A stretch of 64,000 nt of DNA from Candidatus Poribacteria bacterium (GTDB lineage Bacteria; Poribacteria; WGA-4E; PCPOR2b). Of the stretch, positions 8,869-18,257 are shown in pieces (position 1 is the stretch's first letter; each line of letters opens with the position of its first letter). The notes under the pieces were generated by a model. It was not told the origin of the DNA. It made no database searches and was given only the letters and a program-made list of their open reading frames with translations. The stretch spans positions 1,696,001-1,760,000 of the forward strand of contig OZ242326.1 in NCBI GenBank assembly GCA_965208325.1. Reading direction: 5' to 3'. The translations under genes were made by a program, and so were the position numbers.

Positions 8869-11808
8869 ATGCAGGCTGAAGACACCATCACGACCTACAT
8901 AGCAGATATTTTGCGCGAGCGTAGAAATACCTGGACAGTAGAACCCCAGTTGCCCTTGCTGCTCGAAACCAAACGCCCCGATATAACAGTATTTGAAACC
9001 GGTAGAGAACCAATAGTCATAGAGGTAAAAATTGACTATGCACATACGGCAAATTTGGATGGGGAAGAGCAAGCGAAAGGACGTCTCGGAGAATATGTGG
9101 CACCTTTTGAAATGCTAAAAACAGCCATGTCGTTACGAGTCCCCTATCGATTTCGAAAACTTAGTACCGCCGAAATCTCCGGCGCACTCCGCCGTGCCGA
9201 TGACTTCCGTTATGCCCTCTTCAGCATAGACGATCTTCACCGTACTACCAATCCGCACCGTTTTCCCAAAAACGGTTGGATCGCTGGAAATATGGGTGAC
9301 GTTGCCACCGCGCTCCGAATCGGTGCAATTCCCGTTTCCAAGGTTTCCGAAGCCGCGGAAGAATTAGAGCGCGGCGTAAATGAAGCCGCATCCCTTCTCG
9401 CCGAAACCGCAGAGTCACGTAGTCGCATCGCAGAAACCATTGAGGATATTCTTTACCAAAAAGCGGGCAAACAGACCTATCGGATGGCGATGTTAATAAT
9501 TACGAACGCCTTTGTGTTTCAGAGCGCCCTCGCTGGCACCCCGGAAATGGAAGAGGTACCATCCCTTAGTCAACTCAAGACTGTGGCGGAAAAACTTAGC
9601 CTCAATGAAGTCTTGGACGCATGGAACGCTGTTAAACAGGTTAACTACCGTCCAATTTTTGATGTTGCGTATCGTCTAACGGATGAGGTGCTCGCAACAG
9701 ATGATGCGTTAGTCGGCCAGGTGTTGCGGATTCTGCGTGACACCGCCCGACGACTAATCACGCGTCGTCTGGAACAGGTACATGAGTTAGCAGGTATCGT
9801 CTTCCAACGGTTGATTGTTGACCGTCGATTCATAAAGGCCAATTACACGCGCCCCGAATCCGTTGCCCTGCTTTCTGCTCTCGTCTTACCCAACGAACAG
9901 CCTACCGTAGGTGACGGGCTACGTACTTTCCCAAAGGTTGCCGATTTCGCCTGTGGCACTGGGGCGTTACTAAACGGTCTTTACCAACGGATTTTGTCGC
10001 TACATGAACAAGCTGGCGGTCGCGGCAAAGATATTCACCGGCAAATGGTAGAAGATAACCTTTTAGGGGCGGACATCATGCCCAATGCTAGCCACCTCAC
10101 CGCTTCAATAATAGCCAGTACCTATCCGGATGTTAAAATCGGCAAAACCCGCATTCATACCATGGAATACGGCACCCAAAGACGCGATGGACAATATTCT
10201 ATTGGGGCATTGGATTTACTTGAAAACCCGGAGGAAACCAATCCACTAGAGTTAGATCGTGCAAAAGTGTTATTTCGATCGAAGCAAGTTCAGGGTGACG
10301 ATCGCGACACCCCGGAATCCGAGTTTCGGCACGGTGAGTTTAATGTAATTGTCGAAAATCCGCCCTTTACGCGCACGGGCGCAGACACCAGTTCGCATAA
10401 TCCTGAAGTTCCAAAGACTGTGTTCGGAGATAGGACTGACGATGTTGCCGGCGAAATGAAAGCCGCGCTTAAAAGCATAAAAACGTCTATTGCACACAGC
10501 AATGCCGGTCTCGGTTCATACTTCGTAGACCTCGCGGATCGAATGCTAATGGATGGCAATCGAGATGGCTCCCCGTGGCCGCCTACAATGGGATTCGTCC
10601 TTCCCATTACTGTTCTAACCTCACCTGACTGGCAAAAAGTTCGAAAAATGTGGGCGGAAAAATACCACGGTGTAACTGTAGTCACCATCGCCGAAGCCAA
10701 AAGGGAAAACTGTGCCTTCTCTGCGGACACAAACATGGCAGAGTGTCTCGTCGTTGCAATCAAGGGCAGGACGGAAAGCACTGGTCGCGGAACCTTTGTC
10801 TGTCTCCGCCGCAGACCAGATAGCCATTTAGAAGCGGTTGAAACCGGCAAGCAAATTCAGAGTTTGCTAGAAGTCAGAAACCTCGAAGATCCGCCGATTG
10901 GTGGCAATTCTATCAAAGTGGGGGATGAACTTGTCGGGTCTGCTTTAAATTGTCCGTTGGACGAGATATGGCCCACTTCTCGAGTTAAAGACCTCGCATT
11001 GATGCAATGCGCATATCATTTAACAAATGGGTGTATTTGGTTTCCTGAACTGCAAAATCCTTTTGAAATTCCAGTCTGTTCTGTGGCGGATATTGCGTCA
11101 ACTAGTTTTGATGAAACGATGATTAAAGGGAAAAATGGTGCATTTGATATAGAACATGGGTGCGCGGACAATGATATGTATCCGGGGCTGTGGCACGTCA
11201 GTTCAGACAAGCAACGCACGATGGTGGTTGAACCGGACTCCCACGGAATAATTCGGTCCAATTCTTGGGCGAAAGCTCAACGAATTCTAGACAGGAACAG
11301 CCGTATCCACCAAAATATAGGTTTACAGTTCAACGCAAATTCATTATCGGTGCTCTTCACAGAGAGGCCCGCTATCGGTATCCGCTCCATGCCAAATGTT
11401 AAGTTTGAGAATCCGTCGCACGATTACCCATTTGCCGTGTGGGGCAACTCAACCCTGGGATTTCTGTGCTATTGGATGCGTAGCAACAGAGTGCAAGAGG
11501 GTCGAGGTGCAATTCGTTTGACACTTTTGCGTTCTATGCCGACGTTGGATGTGCGTCAATTGGACCAGACCGCATTGCAAAATGCCGAACATATTTTTGC
11601 GGAGATGAAGAACAAAAAGATGCTTCCGTTCAATCAGATGTACGAAGATACGGTGCGTCAGAAGTTGGATAGGCGGTTGTTGTCCGAGGTGCTTGGAATA
11701 TCTGAATCTACACATCCAGAGGTCTATACGGGCTTGCATCGCCTCCGTGAGCGATTGTGTGCGGAGCCGAGCATCCACGGCGGGAAGAAGTCGAAGGTAG
11801 TGCTATAA
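8869..11808 (+). CDS. Type IIG restriction-modification fusion (PD-(D/E)xK endonuclease, N6-adenine MTase, specificity domain)
   Basis: RPDI...IVIEVK nuclease motif, YTRPES, motif I DFACGTG, motif IV ENPPF, GFVLP; AAGGA RBS before ATG 8869. Confidence 0.85.
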   Translation: MQAEDTITTYIADILRERRNTWTVEPQLPLLLETKRPDITVFETGREPIVIEVKIDYAHTANLDGEEQAKGRLGEYVAPFEMLKTAMSLRVPYRFRKLSTAEISGALRRADDFRYALFSIDDLHRTTNPHRFPKNGWIAGNMGDVATALRIGAIPVSKVSEAAEELERGVNEAASLLAETAESRSRIAETIEDILYQKAGKQTYRMAMLIITNAFVFQSALAGTPEMEEVPSLSQLKTVAEKLSLNEVLDAWNAVKQVNYRPIFDVAYRLTDEVLATDDALVGQVLRILRDTARRLITRRLEQVHELAGIVFQRLIVDRRFIKANYTRPESVALLSALVLPNEQPTVGDGLRTFPKVADFACGTGALLNGLYQRILSLHEQAGGRGKDIHRQMVEDNLLGADIMPNASHLTASIIASTYPDVKIGKTRIHTMEYGTQRRDGQYSIGALDLLENPEETNPLELDRAKVLFRSKQVQGDDRDTPESEFRHGEFNVIVENPPFTRTGADTSSHNPEVPKTVFGDRTDDVAGEMKAALKSIKTSIAHSNAGLGSYFVDLADRMLMDGNRDGSPWPPTMGFVLPITVLTSPDWQKVRKMWAEKYHGVTVVTIAEAKRENCAFSADTNMAECLVVAIKGRTESTGRGTFVCLRRRPDSHLEAVETGKQIQSLLEVRNLEDPPIGGNSIKVGDELVGSALNCPLDEIWPTSRVKDLALMQCAYHLTNGCIWFPELQNPFEIPVCSVADIASTSFDETMIKGKNGAFDIEHGCADNDMYPGLWHVSSDKQRTMVVEPDSHGIIRSNSWAKAQRILDRNSRIHQNIGLQFNANSLSVLFTERPAIGIRSMPNVKFENPSHDYPFAVWGNSTLGFLCYWMRSNRVQEGRGAIRLTLLRSMPTLDVRQLDQTALQNAEHIFAEMKNKKMLPFNQMYEDTVRQKLDRRLLSEVLGISESTHPEVYTGLHRLRERLCAEPSIHGGKKSKVVL

Positions 11809-11936
11809 ACTGGGACACTATCGTCTGGCGCCGTTCGGTCGTGTTAAATTAACAGGATAAGATGCTGACCCGGCGAAATCAAACTGGCACGCGAATTGAA
11901 ATTGTCTTTACCCGTTTTTTTGGAAAGGAATAGCCA

Positions 11937-12644
11937 ATGAAATCTTCGAAAAGCATGAAGGCCTCGCAGCGTGAAGCCCTCGGATACTGGAACCAAGCTA
12001 TAGCGCGGAATCCAGATGATACCAAGGCCTTTAACAATCGTGGCATGTATCACTTCCAACAGGGCGATTATACTTCTGCAATTGGAGACTTTAACAGAAT
12101 TATTGAAATTGACCCTTCAAATTCAAAGGCCGCTGACTATCTTTTGCGCGCATATTCGGCGCGCGGGTTAGTTTACTATGACAGGGGTGATGATGACAGC
12201 GCCATCGAAGACTTCAGTAAAGTGCTAGAGCGTGACTCGAACAATACAGACGCCTATATTTCCCGTGGAATAGCCTATTTTCGTAACGGCGATGACGACA
12301 GCGCAATTTCGGATTTTGCCCAAGTATTACAACTCAACCCCAATGAGGCGTTTGCCTATTACAGGCGTGCACTAGTATACTACGCCAAGGGCAATGTTGA
12401 CGCCGCCATTGGTGACCTGACTCAAATGATACAACTAAGACCAGATAGCGCCTCTGCCTATTTCACCCGCGGACTCATATACTTCGCTATAGGTGATAAT
12501 GATAATGCCATTAAAGATTTCACACACGCGATACACCTCAATCCGAAGAGTGTTTCAAATCGACTCAGTCGTAGTATAACTTACCTTCGTAAAGGTTTTC
12601 GTCACCATGCCATTGAGGACATGCCTAGAGATGAAGACTTTTGA
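11937..12644 (+). CDS. Tetratricopeptide repeat protein
   Basis: About five tandem AYxxRGxxY...AIxDFxxxxxxxP repeats; GGAAAGGA RBS. Confidence 0.9.
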   Translation: MKSSKSMKASQREALGYWNQAIARNPDDTKAFNNRGMYHFQQGDYTSAIGDFNRIIEIDPSNSKAADYLLRAYSARGLVYYDRGDDDSAIEDFSKVLERDSNNTDAYISRGIAYFRNGDDDSAISDFAQVLQLNPNEAFAYYRRALVYYAKGNVDAAIGDLTQMIQLRPDSASAYFTRGLIYFAIGDNDNAIKDFTHAIHLNPKSVSNRLSRSITYLRKGFRHHAIEDMPRDEDF

Positions 12645-12699
12645 GCAAGAAAGGCGCCTAGGCGGGGGAAAGAGGATATACACAAGTCAAAACGCGGCA

Positions 12700-12909
12700 A
12701 CAATCAGCGATTCCAAATTGAATCATATCCTTTACCCCTACAAAATTAAACGAGACAAGGAGAGCGGCATTGTCAACGACCCTAATGGTTGGTACGCCGA
12801 CCCCCGCGCCCTCGTCGCCGCAATCAAACGCATCGTACACGTCAGCGTCGAATCAACACGCATCATTGAAGGCCTGCCAACGGAGATAACGAATGGGACT
12901 AAAGAATAG
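12700..12909 (+). pseudogene. Extreme C-terminal remnant of a type ISP (LlaBIII-like) R-M enzyme
   Basis: YKIKRDKESGIVNDPNGW...IKRIVHVSVESTRIIEGLP matches the characteristic type ISP C-terminus; the rest of the gene is absent. Confidence 0.7.
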
Positions 12910-12943
12910 GGCATTTGTCTAAGACAATCATCGAAACCACAAA

Positions 12944-13050
12944 AAGCGTTGGGTTTCGCTACCCCCAACGAATCACGAACGCATTCAACCGAACGAAACC
13001 CATTCGCATTTATCCCAGTGCAACACCGACATCGATCTACCCAACCTACA
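12944..13050. repeat. Right half of a GTAGGTTGGGT REPIN
   Basis: aagcgttgggtttcgct ... tctacccaacctaca, as at 5089-5194. Confidence 0.7.
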
Positions 13051-13213
13051 GAATACTGAACCCTACCGTATAGTGAATCTTGCATTTTCCCGCTCGCGGG
13101 CACAATTAGCCCATAGACCCAAATTTACTATATATATGTTAAGTATTTGGGATAAATATACGTTTCAGATATTCTCTGAGACTTCGTAGCCAGCATCCCT
13201 CACTACAGCCGTT

Positions 13214-14140
13214 TCAGTCCGCGTTATCCCCATCATTGCCATTCGGCGCAGGCAGCGCCTTCGTTCCGTTGCCATCCGTTTTCTCTTCAGGCGCGTTTAA
13301 CGCTAACCGTAACCTTTCCAAATCCCCGATAAGCTCAGCGGTTTCACCGTCGATTGCTTTTTTGTCCCGTGCTGCGAACATGATTTTCGCTATCCGCGAT
13401 AACGCAAGTAAGTCAGGTGCTGACAGGCCTGTAAGTGACAGTTCTTCAAACCCCGTTATCTCCCGTATTTTCTCCAACGTTTCATGTAACATCGCTAACA
13501 GCATTTGAAAAACTCCCAAGTCATTACGCGCATTCCCCAATTTGTCGATGATTTGTTCCGCCAGCTGGGATAATACCGCGATATGCTCGACTGGCGAGGT
13601 CAACGGAATATCGCTAATTGATTGTAAATGTTCTTCTCTCGCTTCCCTCCAGACAGCGCCGTATTTCTTTTGAGGCCACCTCGCCGTTCCCGGCTTCAGA
13701 TATGACATGCGAAGAATCAAATCTTCGCGAAGCGCTTTGAATCCCATCGCGTCCTCGAAGGCCAACCGACTAATCGTTGTATCTGTAGACATCAACTCCA
13801 TTACCGCTTCAGATGTAGAACTCCCCCGTGCGTGAGCACGGACCACAAATTCCCGGTGCTCATCCAAGATAAAATGTGAAATGTAGGCACCTAATTCTTT
13901 ACGAATGATTTCCTGAACCGCATTCGTCTCGTCCTCACTCATTTCCACAAAATCGCCGTCTACGTTCATTCCTAAAGACTCAACCGCAAAATGATGCACC
14001 CGCTCAATAATCGCAGCGGCAAGATCAAACCCGCTCAATGTTTCAAACAAAGTGTCAATTTCCGAATTCAGTTCGGTGCGTTTTTCATGCGCACGATTAC
14101 CCCGAAGTGCCAACCCAAGCGAAGTCCTCGGTTTCTTCAT
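13214..14140 (-). CDS. Hypothetical helical protein with a central DUF2280-like segment
   Basis: GAGGAGGG RBS; 308-aa ORF. EHREFVVRAHA...KKYGAVWREAREEHLQSISDIPL resembles phage DUF2280 proteins as recalled. Confidence 0.6.
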   Translation of the reverse strand: MKKPRTSLGLALRGNRAHEKRTELNSEIDTLFETLSGFDLAAAIIERVHHFAVESLGMNVDGDFVEMSEDETNAVQEIIRKELGAYISHFILDEHREFVVRAHARGSSTSEAVMELMSTDTTISRLAFEDAMGFKALREDLILRMSYLKPGTARWPQKKYGAVWREAREEHLQSISDIPLTSPVEHIAVLSQLAEQIIDKLGNARNDLGVFQMLLAMLHETLEKIREITGFEELSLTGLSAPDLLALSRIAKIMFAARDKKAIDGETAELIGDLERLRLALNAPEEKTDGNGTKALPAPNGNDGDNAD

Positions 14141-14438
14141 TTTATGACCCTCCTCGTGTCTTCAAAAAAAGTGAAATTTCACAGTAAAATGATGCGGACA
14201 TTCTGTTCCACTTGCTAGAAGATCCGTCCCACACTGCGTTTACGCCCATTTTATGCAGTTGTCGAATTACCGCATTTCCACAATTTACTGTGAAAACTGT
14301 GAAATTTGACAACATCTCTCACGAACATTTTCCGGCGCATTCTGCGCCGTCGCAACCCTGTTTTAAAGTACGTTACAAATCCCAATTCACCCGATAATCG
14401 CCCTTTTCACAATGCCTTAGCCGCCTAATTGAAACCTC

Positions 14439-14480
14439 AAAAAAAAAAAGGGAGAGACACCCCCGCGGTGTCCCTCCCTC
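14439..14480 (-). terminator. Rho-independent terminator
   Basis: Minus strand reads GGGAGGGACACC-gcggg-GGTGTCTCTCCC followed by 11 T. Confidence 0.85.
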
Positions 14481-14494
14481 GAATTTGAATTTGT
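14439..14494 (-). ncRNA. Candidate ~55-nt small RNA or attenuated leader
   Basis: Lies between a perfect sigma70 promoter and a strong terminator, with no ORF. Confidence 0.45.
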
Positions 14495-14500
14495 ATTACA

Positions 14501-14529
14501 ATTATACCCAGCCCAATGACGAATGTCAA
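14501..14529 (-). promoter_or_regulatory. Consensus sigma70 promoter
   Basis: TTGACA (14529-14524), N17, TATAAT (14506-14501). Confidence 0.8.
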
Positions 14530-14756
14530 TTAAAAATTCTGCTAGACACAATGTTCTTGCAGACTAGGTTTCCCAAATGCCATTTCACGCGCACTTGCGG
14601 AAGGCAGAAAAGTGTTTGGGCGCGCTGGAAACTATCGACTTTGATATTCGCTCAACTGATCCTATACGGTCACTCGATCCGCAAATCGGGAAAAGGATCC
14701 CCCTGTCACAGTGCTTTGAGTAAGCACAATGCGTGCACCTATATTTGGTCTATTCT

Positions 14757-14786
14757 TGTAAGGGCAACCCTTATGGTTGCCCTGTA
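14757..14786. repeat. REP-like hairpin
   Basis: tgtaagggcaacc-cttat-ggttgccct, just downstream of the E2 gene. Confidence 0.55.
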
Positions 14787-14830
14787 GTTTATATCGGGTG
14801 AAACTTCAGTAGGATTTTGTCGGTGGGAAG

Positions 14831-16189
14831 TTAGGGCAGCAGAGATTCAGGGGCTTCGATTAGGCTTCGTAAATCGCCGAGGAATCGGGCGCAGGGCGCG
14901 CCGTCTATTGCGCGGTGATCGAAAGTGAGAACCAGCGTTGCGCGGTCTCGCGCTACGATGGACTCGCCCTCGAACACCGCAACGCGGCGAACACGGCCGA
15001 CGCCCAGAATAGCGCACTGCGGCGGGTTGAGGACAGGCGTAAACCAATCGACGCCCAATCCGCCGAGATTCGTGACGGTAAACGTGCCATCCGCAAATTC
15101 ATCGGGCGCCAGTTTTCCGGCTCTAGCGCGGTCTGCAAGTTCTCTGACGCTGCGCGCAATCTTTACGACGTCGAGGTTGCCAGCGCCGCGAATCACCGGT
15201 ACCACCAAACCGGCTTCAACGTCAATGGCGACCCCCAAGTTGATATCGTGATATTGGTGTATCGCGCCGTCAATAAGTGCTGCGTTAAGCTGGGGATGGA
15301 GTTTCAACGCTTCGACGGTGGCTTTCAAAACGAAGTCGTTGATTGTCGGGGCGGCGCCGTACGCGTCGCGCCACACGTCCGAATTGGCTGCCCGTGCGGA
15401 TTGGATGGCGCTGAAATCCACTTCGATGCCTTCGGTGACGTGGGGTGCTTCAGACCAGTTTTTGCCCAACCGTTCGGCGGTGGTACGGCGGATGCCTGCC
15501 AGCGGAATAACATCAACGCCGTGGGTGGGAGTTTCGTCGACTGGCTTTTCCGCCGCGGGAGCGCCCGCATCTATTGCATGCTGCACGTCTTCCTTCGTTA
15601 CTCGTCCGCCCGGACCCGTTCCACCCAACGCTCCCGCATCAATGCCGTGCCGATCTGCCAGCCGCTGCGCTACAGGCGTAACGCGAGACGCCGCAGGGCG
15701 GTCGGCATCTGGCGGCGGATCAGCCGGAGTTTGATCGGCTGCTTCCTGTACCGTGGGAACGCCCGCATCTATTGCACGCTGCACGTCCTCCTTGGTCACT
15801 CGTCCGCCCGGACCCGTACCAGTCAACGCTCCTGCGTCGATGCCGTGCCGGTCTGCCAGCCGCTGCGCGACCGGCGTAACGTTAGACGCAGCTTGCCGAT
15901 CGGCGACGGGCGCCTTGGGCTGTCCGGCGGATTCTTCCGGCACCTTCTCACCCGCTTCGCCAATCCAAGCCAAGGTATCGCCGACGTCATATTCACGCTC
16001 GACCTCACCGACGAGCCTCAACAACACACCGCTGACAGGGGATTCAACATCGACAACAGCTTTGTCGGTCTCAATTGACACGAGCAGCTGTCCTTCCTCA
16101 ATTGCGGCGCCCTCTGTTGCATGCCACTCGACGATACGCCCGGTATCCATGGTGTGGCCGAGCGCTGCTAAACGGAACTGTATCGCCAT
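14831..16189 (-). CDS. Dihydrolipoamide acyltransferase E2 with one lipoyl domain and two E3-binding domains
   Basis: ETDKA lipoyl site, two TPVAQRLA...GTGPGGRVTKEDV domains, catalytic DHRAIDG. Confidence 0.95.
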   Translation of the reverse strand: MAIQFRLAALGHTMDTGRIVEWHATEGAAIEEGQLLVSIETDKAVVDVESPVSGVLLRLVGEVEREYDVGDTLAWIGEAGEKVPEESAGQPKAPVADRQAASNVTPVAQRLADRHGIDAGALTGTGPGGRVTKEDVQRAIDAGVPTVQEAADQTPADPPPDADRPAASRVTPVAQRLADRHGIDAGALGGTGPGGRVTKEDVQHAIDAGAPAAEKPVDETPTHGVDVIPLAGIRRTTAERLGKNWSEAPHVTEGIEVDFSAIQSARAANSDVWRDAYGAAPTINDFVLKATVEALKLHPQLNAALIDGAIHQYHDINLGVAIDVEAGLVVPVIRGAGNLDVVKIARSVRELADRARAGKLAPDEFADGTFTVTNLGGLGVDWFTPVLNPPQCAILGVGRVRRVAVFEGESIVARDRATLVLTFDHRAIDGAPCARFLGDLRSLIEAPESLLP

Positions 16190-16205
16190 GAATCTCCCCT
16201 TCTCG

Positions 16206-17180
16206 CTAGGACATTACCTGCTCAACGGCTGCGGTGATATTCGGAACCTCAGGCACAACATGCTTGACAAGCGCGGCGCTGAACGGCATCGGTACGTGCG
16301 GGCTGCCAACCCGAACAACCGGCGCCTTTAAATCCCCGAAACAGTTTTCGCCAATCATCGCGGCAATCTCGGAAACTGAGCCCGCAAAGCTGGAATCCTC
16401 GCCGCAGACTACGGCTCGACCGGTCCGCCGCACCGACTCGCAAATCGTTTCGGTATCGAGCGGTGATAGGGTTCTCGGATCAACGACCTCCACATCGTAG
16501 CCTTCATCTTCCAACAGCACCGCGGCTTCCAGCGACTTTTGCACCATTGGGCCGACAGCGACGATGGTCGCGTCCTCGCCATCCCGCTTTATATCTGCCT
16601 GGCCGAACGGGATGGTGTACTCCCCCTCCGGCACCTCACCCTTAGAAGTGTATGTGCGCTTGTATTCGAAAAATAGCACGGGATCTGGACTGCGCACGGC
16701 GGTCTTTAGCAAACCCTTGCCGTCGCTCGGCGTTGAAGGAACAGCAACCTGCACACCGGGAACGTGCATAAACCAAGATTCCATAATCTGCGAGTGTTGC
16801 GCCGCTAACAGCCGTCCGGCGCCGCACGGTAAGCGAATGACCATCGGGACGCTTGCCTGACCGCCGGTCATGTAGCGCATCTTGGCGGCTTGGTTGACCA
16901 CTTCGTCCATGGCACAAGTAATGAAATCTAGGTACATAATCTCCACAACCGGTTGCATGCCAGCCATCGCCGCACCGACGCCTACGCCGACAATCCCTGC
17001 CTCTGCGATTGGAGTCTCGAAGATGCGCCCGGGGAATCGTTCTGCGATACCCTCTGTAACCTTGTACGGACCGCCGTGCGTAATAACATCCTCGCCCATG
17101 ACAAACACAGTGTCGTCTCGTTCCATCTCCTCGTGCAGCGCTTCCCGCAACGCCTCACCGAAAGTGATTGTTCTCATCAT
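16206..17180 (-). CDS. 2-oxoacid/acetoin dehydrogenase E1 beta subunit
   Basis: MGEDV, TPIAEAG, AQHSQ and EVVDPRTLSPLD motifs. Confidence 0.95.
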   Translation of the reverse strand: MMRTITFGEALREALHEEMERDDTVFVMGEDVITHGGPYKVTEGIAERFPGRIFETPIAEAGIVGVGVGAAMAGMQPVVEIMYLDFITCAMDEVVNQAAKMRYMTGGQASVPMVIRLPCGAGRLLAAQHSQIMESWFMHVPGVQVAVPSTPSDGKGLLKTAVRSPDPVLFFEYKRTYTSKGEVPEGEYTIPFGQADIKRDGEDATIVAVGPMVQKSLEAAVLLEDEGYDVEVVDPRTLSPLDTETICESVRRTGRAVVCGEDSSFAGSVSEIAAMIGENCFGDLKAPVVRVGSPHVPMPFSAALVKHVVPEVPNITAAVEQVMS

Positions 17181-18157
17181 CCCGCCTCCTGTGCTGGAGC
17201 GAGGACATCCGTCGTAACTTCGGCGGCATCCGGAAACGGACTCTCATCGGCGAACTTCACGGCGTTTGCAATCTCGTCCTTCACCTCATCTTGAATCGCG
17301 GTGTCCTCTTGGTCGGTCAGCCACTGCCGATCCACCATTAATGCGCGCAGCGTTTTTATTGGGTCATGGTCGGTCCGCCAGGCTTCAACTTCCTCCGGCG
17401 TACGGTATTGTTGTTCGTCACCTAAACTGTGTCCATAGAACCGGTAGGTTCGCGCCTCAATTAACGTTGGCCCGCCGCCGCTGCGGGCACGATTGATTGC
17501 CTCGCGAGCGACTTCGTAAACTTCAATGGGGTCCTGTCCATTGACCGACACGCCCGGAATCGCATAGGCGCCAGCCATATCGGAAACCGAATCGAGCACA
17601 GCCACATTCATACGCGGCACCCACTGTTGGTACTGGTTGTTCTCGCAAACGTATACGACGGGAAGCTTCCACAAAGATCCGAGCCCGATGCCTTCATGGA
17701 AAGTGCCGCGCGCAGCGGCACCGTCACCGAAAAAGCATACGGCTACCTGATCTGTCCCGCGCATCTTGCTGGCAAGCGCGGCGCCGGTGGCTGGTGCGAT
17801 GCCGGCACCGACAATGCCGTTGGCGCCAAGCATGTTGAGCGAGAAATCCGCAATGTGCATTGAACCGCCTTTGCCGGCACAGGTCCCCGTAGCTTTGCCA
17901 TAGAGTTCAGCCATCATCTGCCGAGAATCAGCACCCTTAGCCAAACAGTGCCCGTGACTGCGGTGTGTACCCAAGACGTAGTCATCCTTTCGCAAATTGG
18001 AACAAACGCCGACAGCGACTGCTTCCTCGCCGCAGTACATGTGAAGCGCACCCATCACGTTACCAAGATTAGTTTGGCGGTTAGCTTCCTCTTCAAAAAG
18101 CCGAATGCGCCACATATCTTTGTACATGGTCCGGCACAATTCCGCTGAAAGACTCAT
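17177..18157 (-). CDS. 2-oxoacid/acetoin dehydrogenase E1 alpha subunit (TPP-dependent)
   Basis: THRSHGH, GKGGSMH, GDG...ENN TPP motif, TYRFYGHS. Confidence 0.95.
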   Translation of the reverse strand: MSLSAELCRTMYKDMWRIRLFEEEANRQTNLGNVMGALHMYCGEEAVAVGVCSNLRKDDYVLGTHRSHGHCLAKGADSRQMMAELYGKATGTCAGKGGSMHIADFSLNMLGANGIVGAGIAPATGAALASKMRGTDQVAVCFFGDGAAARGTFHEGIGLGSLWKLPVVYVCENNQYQQWVPRMNVAVLDSVSDMAGAYAIPGVSVNGQDPIEVYEVAREAINRARSGGGPTLIEARTYRFYGHSLGDEQQYRTPEEVEAWRTDHDPIKTLRALMVDRQWLTDQEDTAIQDEVKDEIANAVKFADESPFPDAAEVTTDVLAPAQEAG

Positions 18158-18257
18158 AAATTAGTCTCCTGGAGTCAATATTGTAAAATAATTCTTCAAG
18201 CAACAAGGAGGAGCGGGAAATGGTCTCCCTCTCCTCCCGTATAACCCCGCATTCAAT

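Noticed and set aside
8213..11808. Invertible specificity-domain shufflon
   Set aside because: No recombinase and no shared inverted repeats were seen, and the fragment appears to belong to a different R-M family.
13214..14140. Prophage
   Set aside because: No large terminase, portal, capsid or integrase gene is nearby.
14915..16331. 387-aa and 192-aa plus-strand ORFs
   Set aside because: They are antisense shadows of the GC-rich E2 and E1 beta genes and carry no recognisable motifs.
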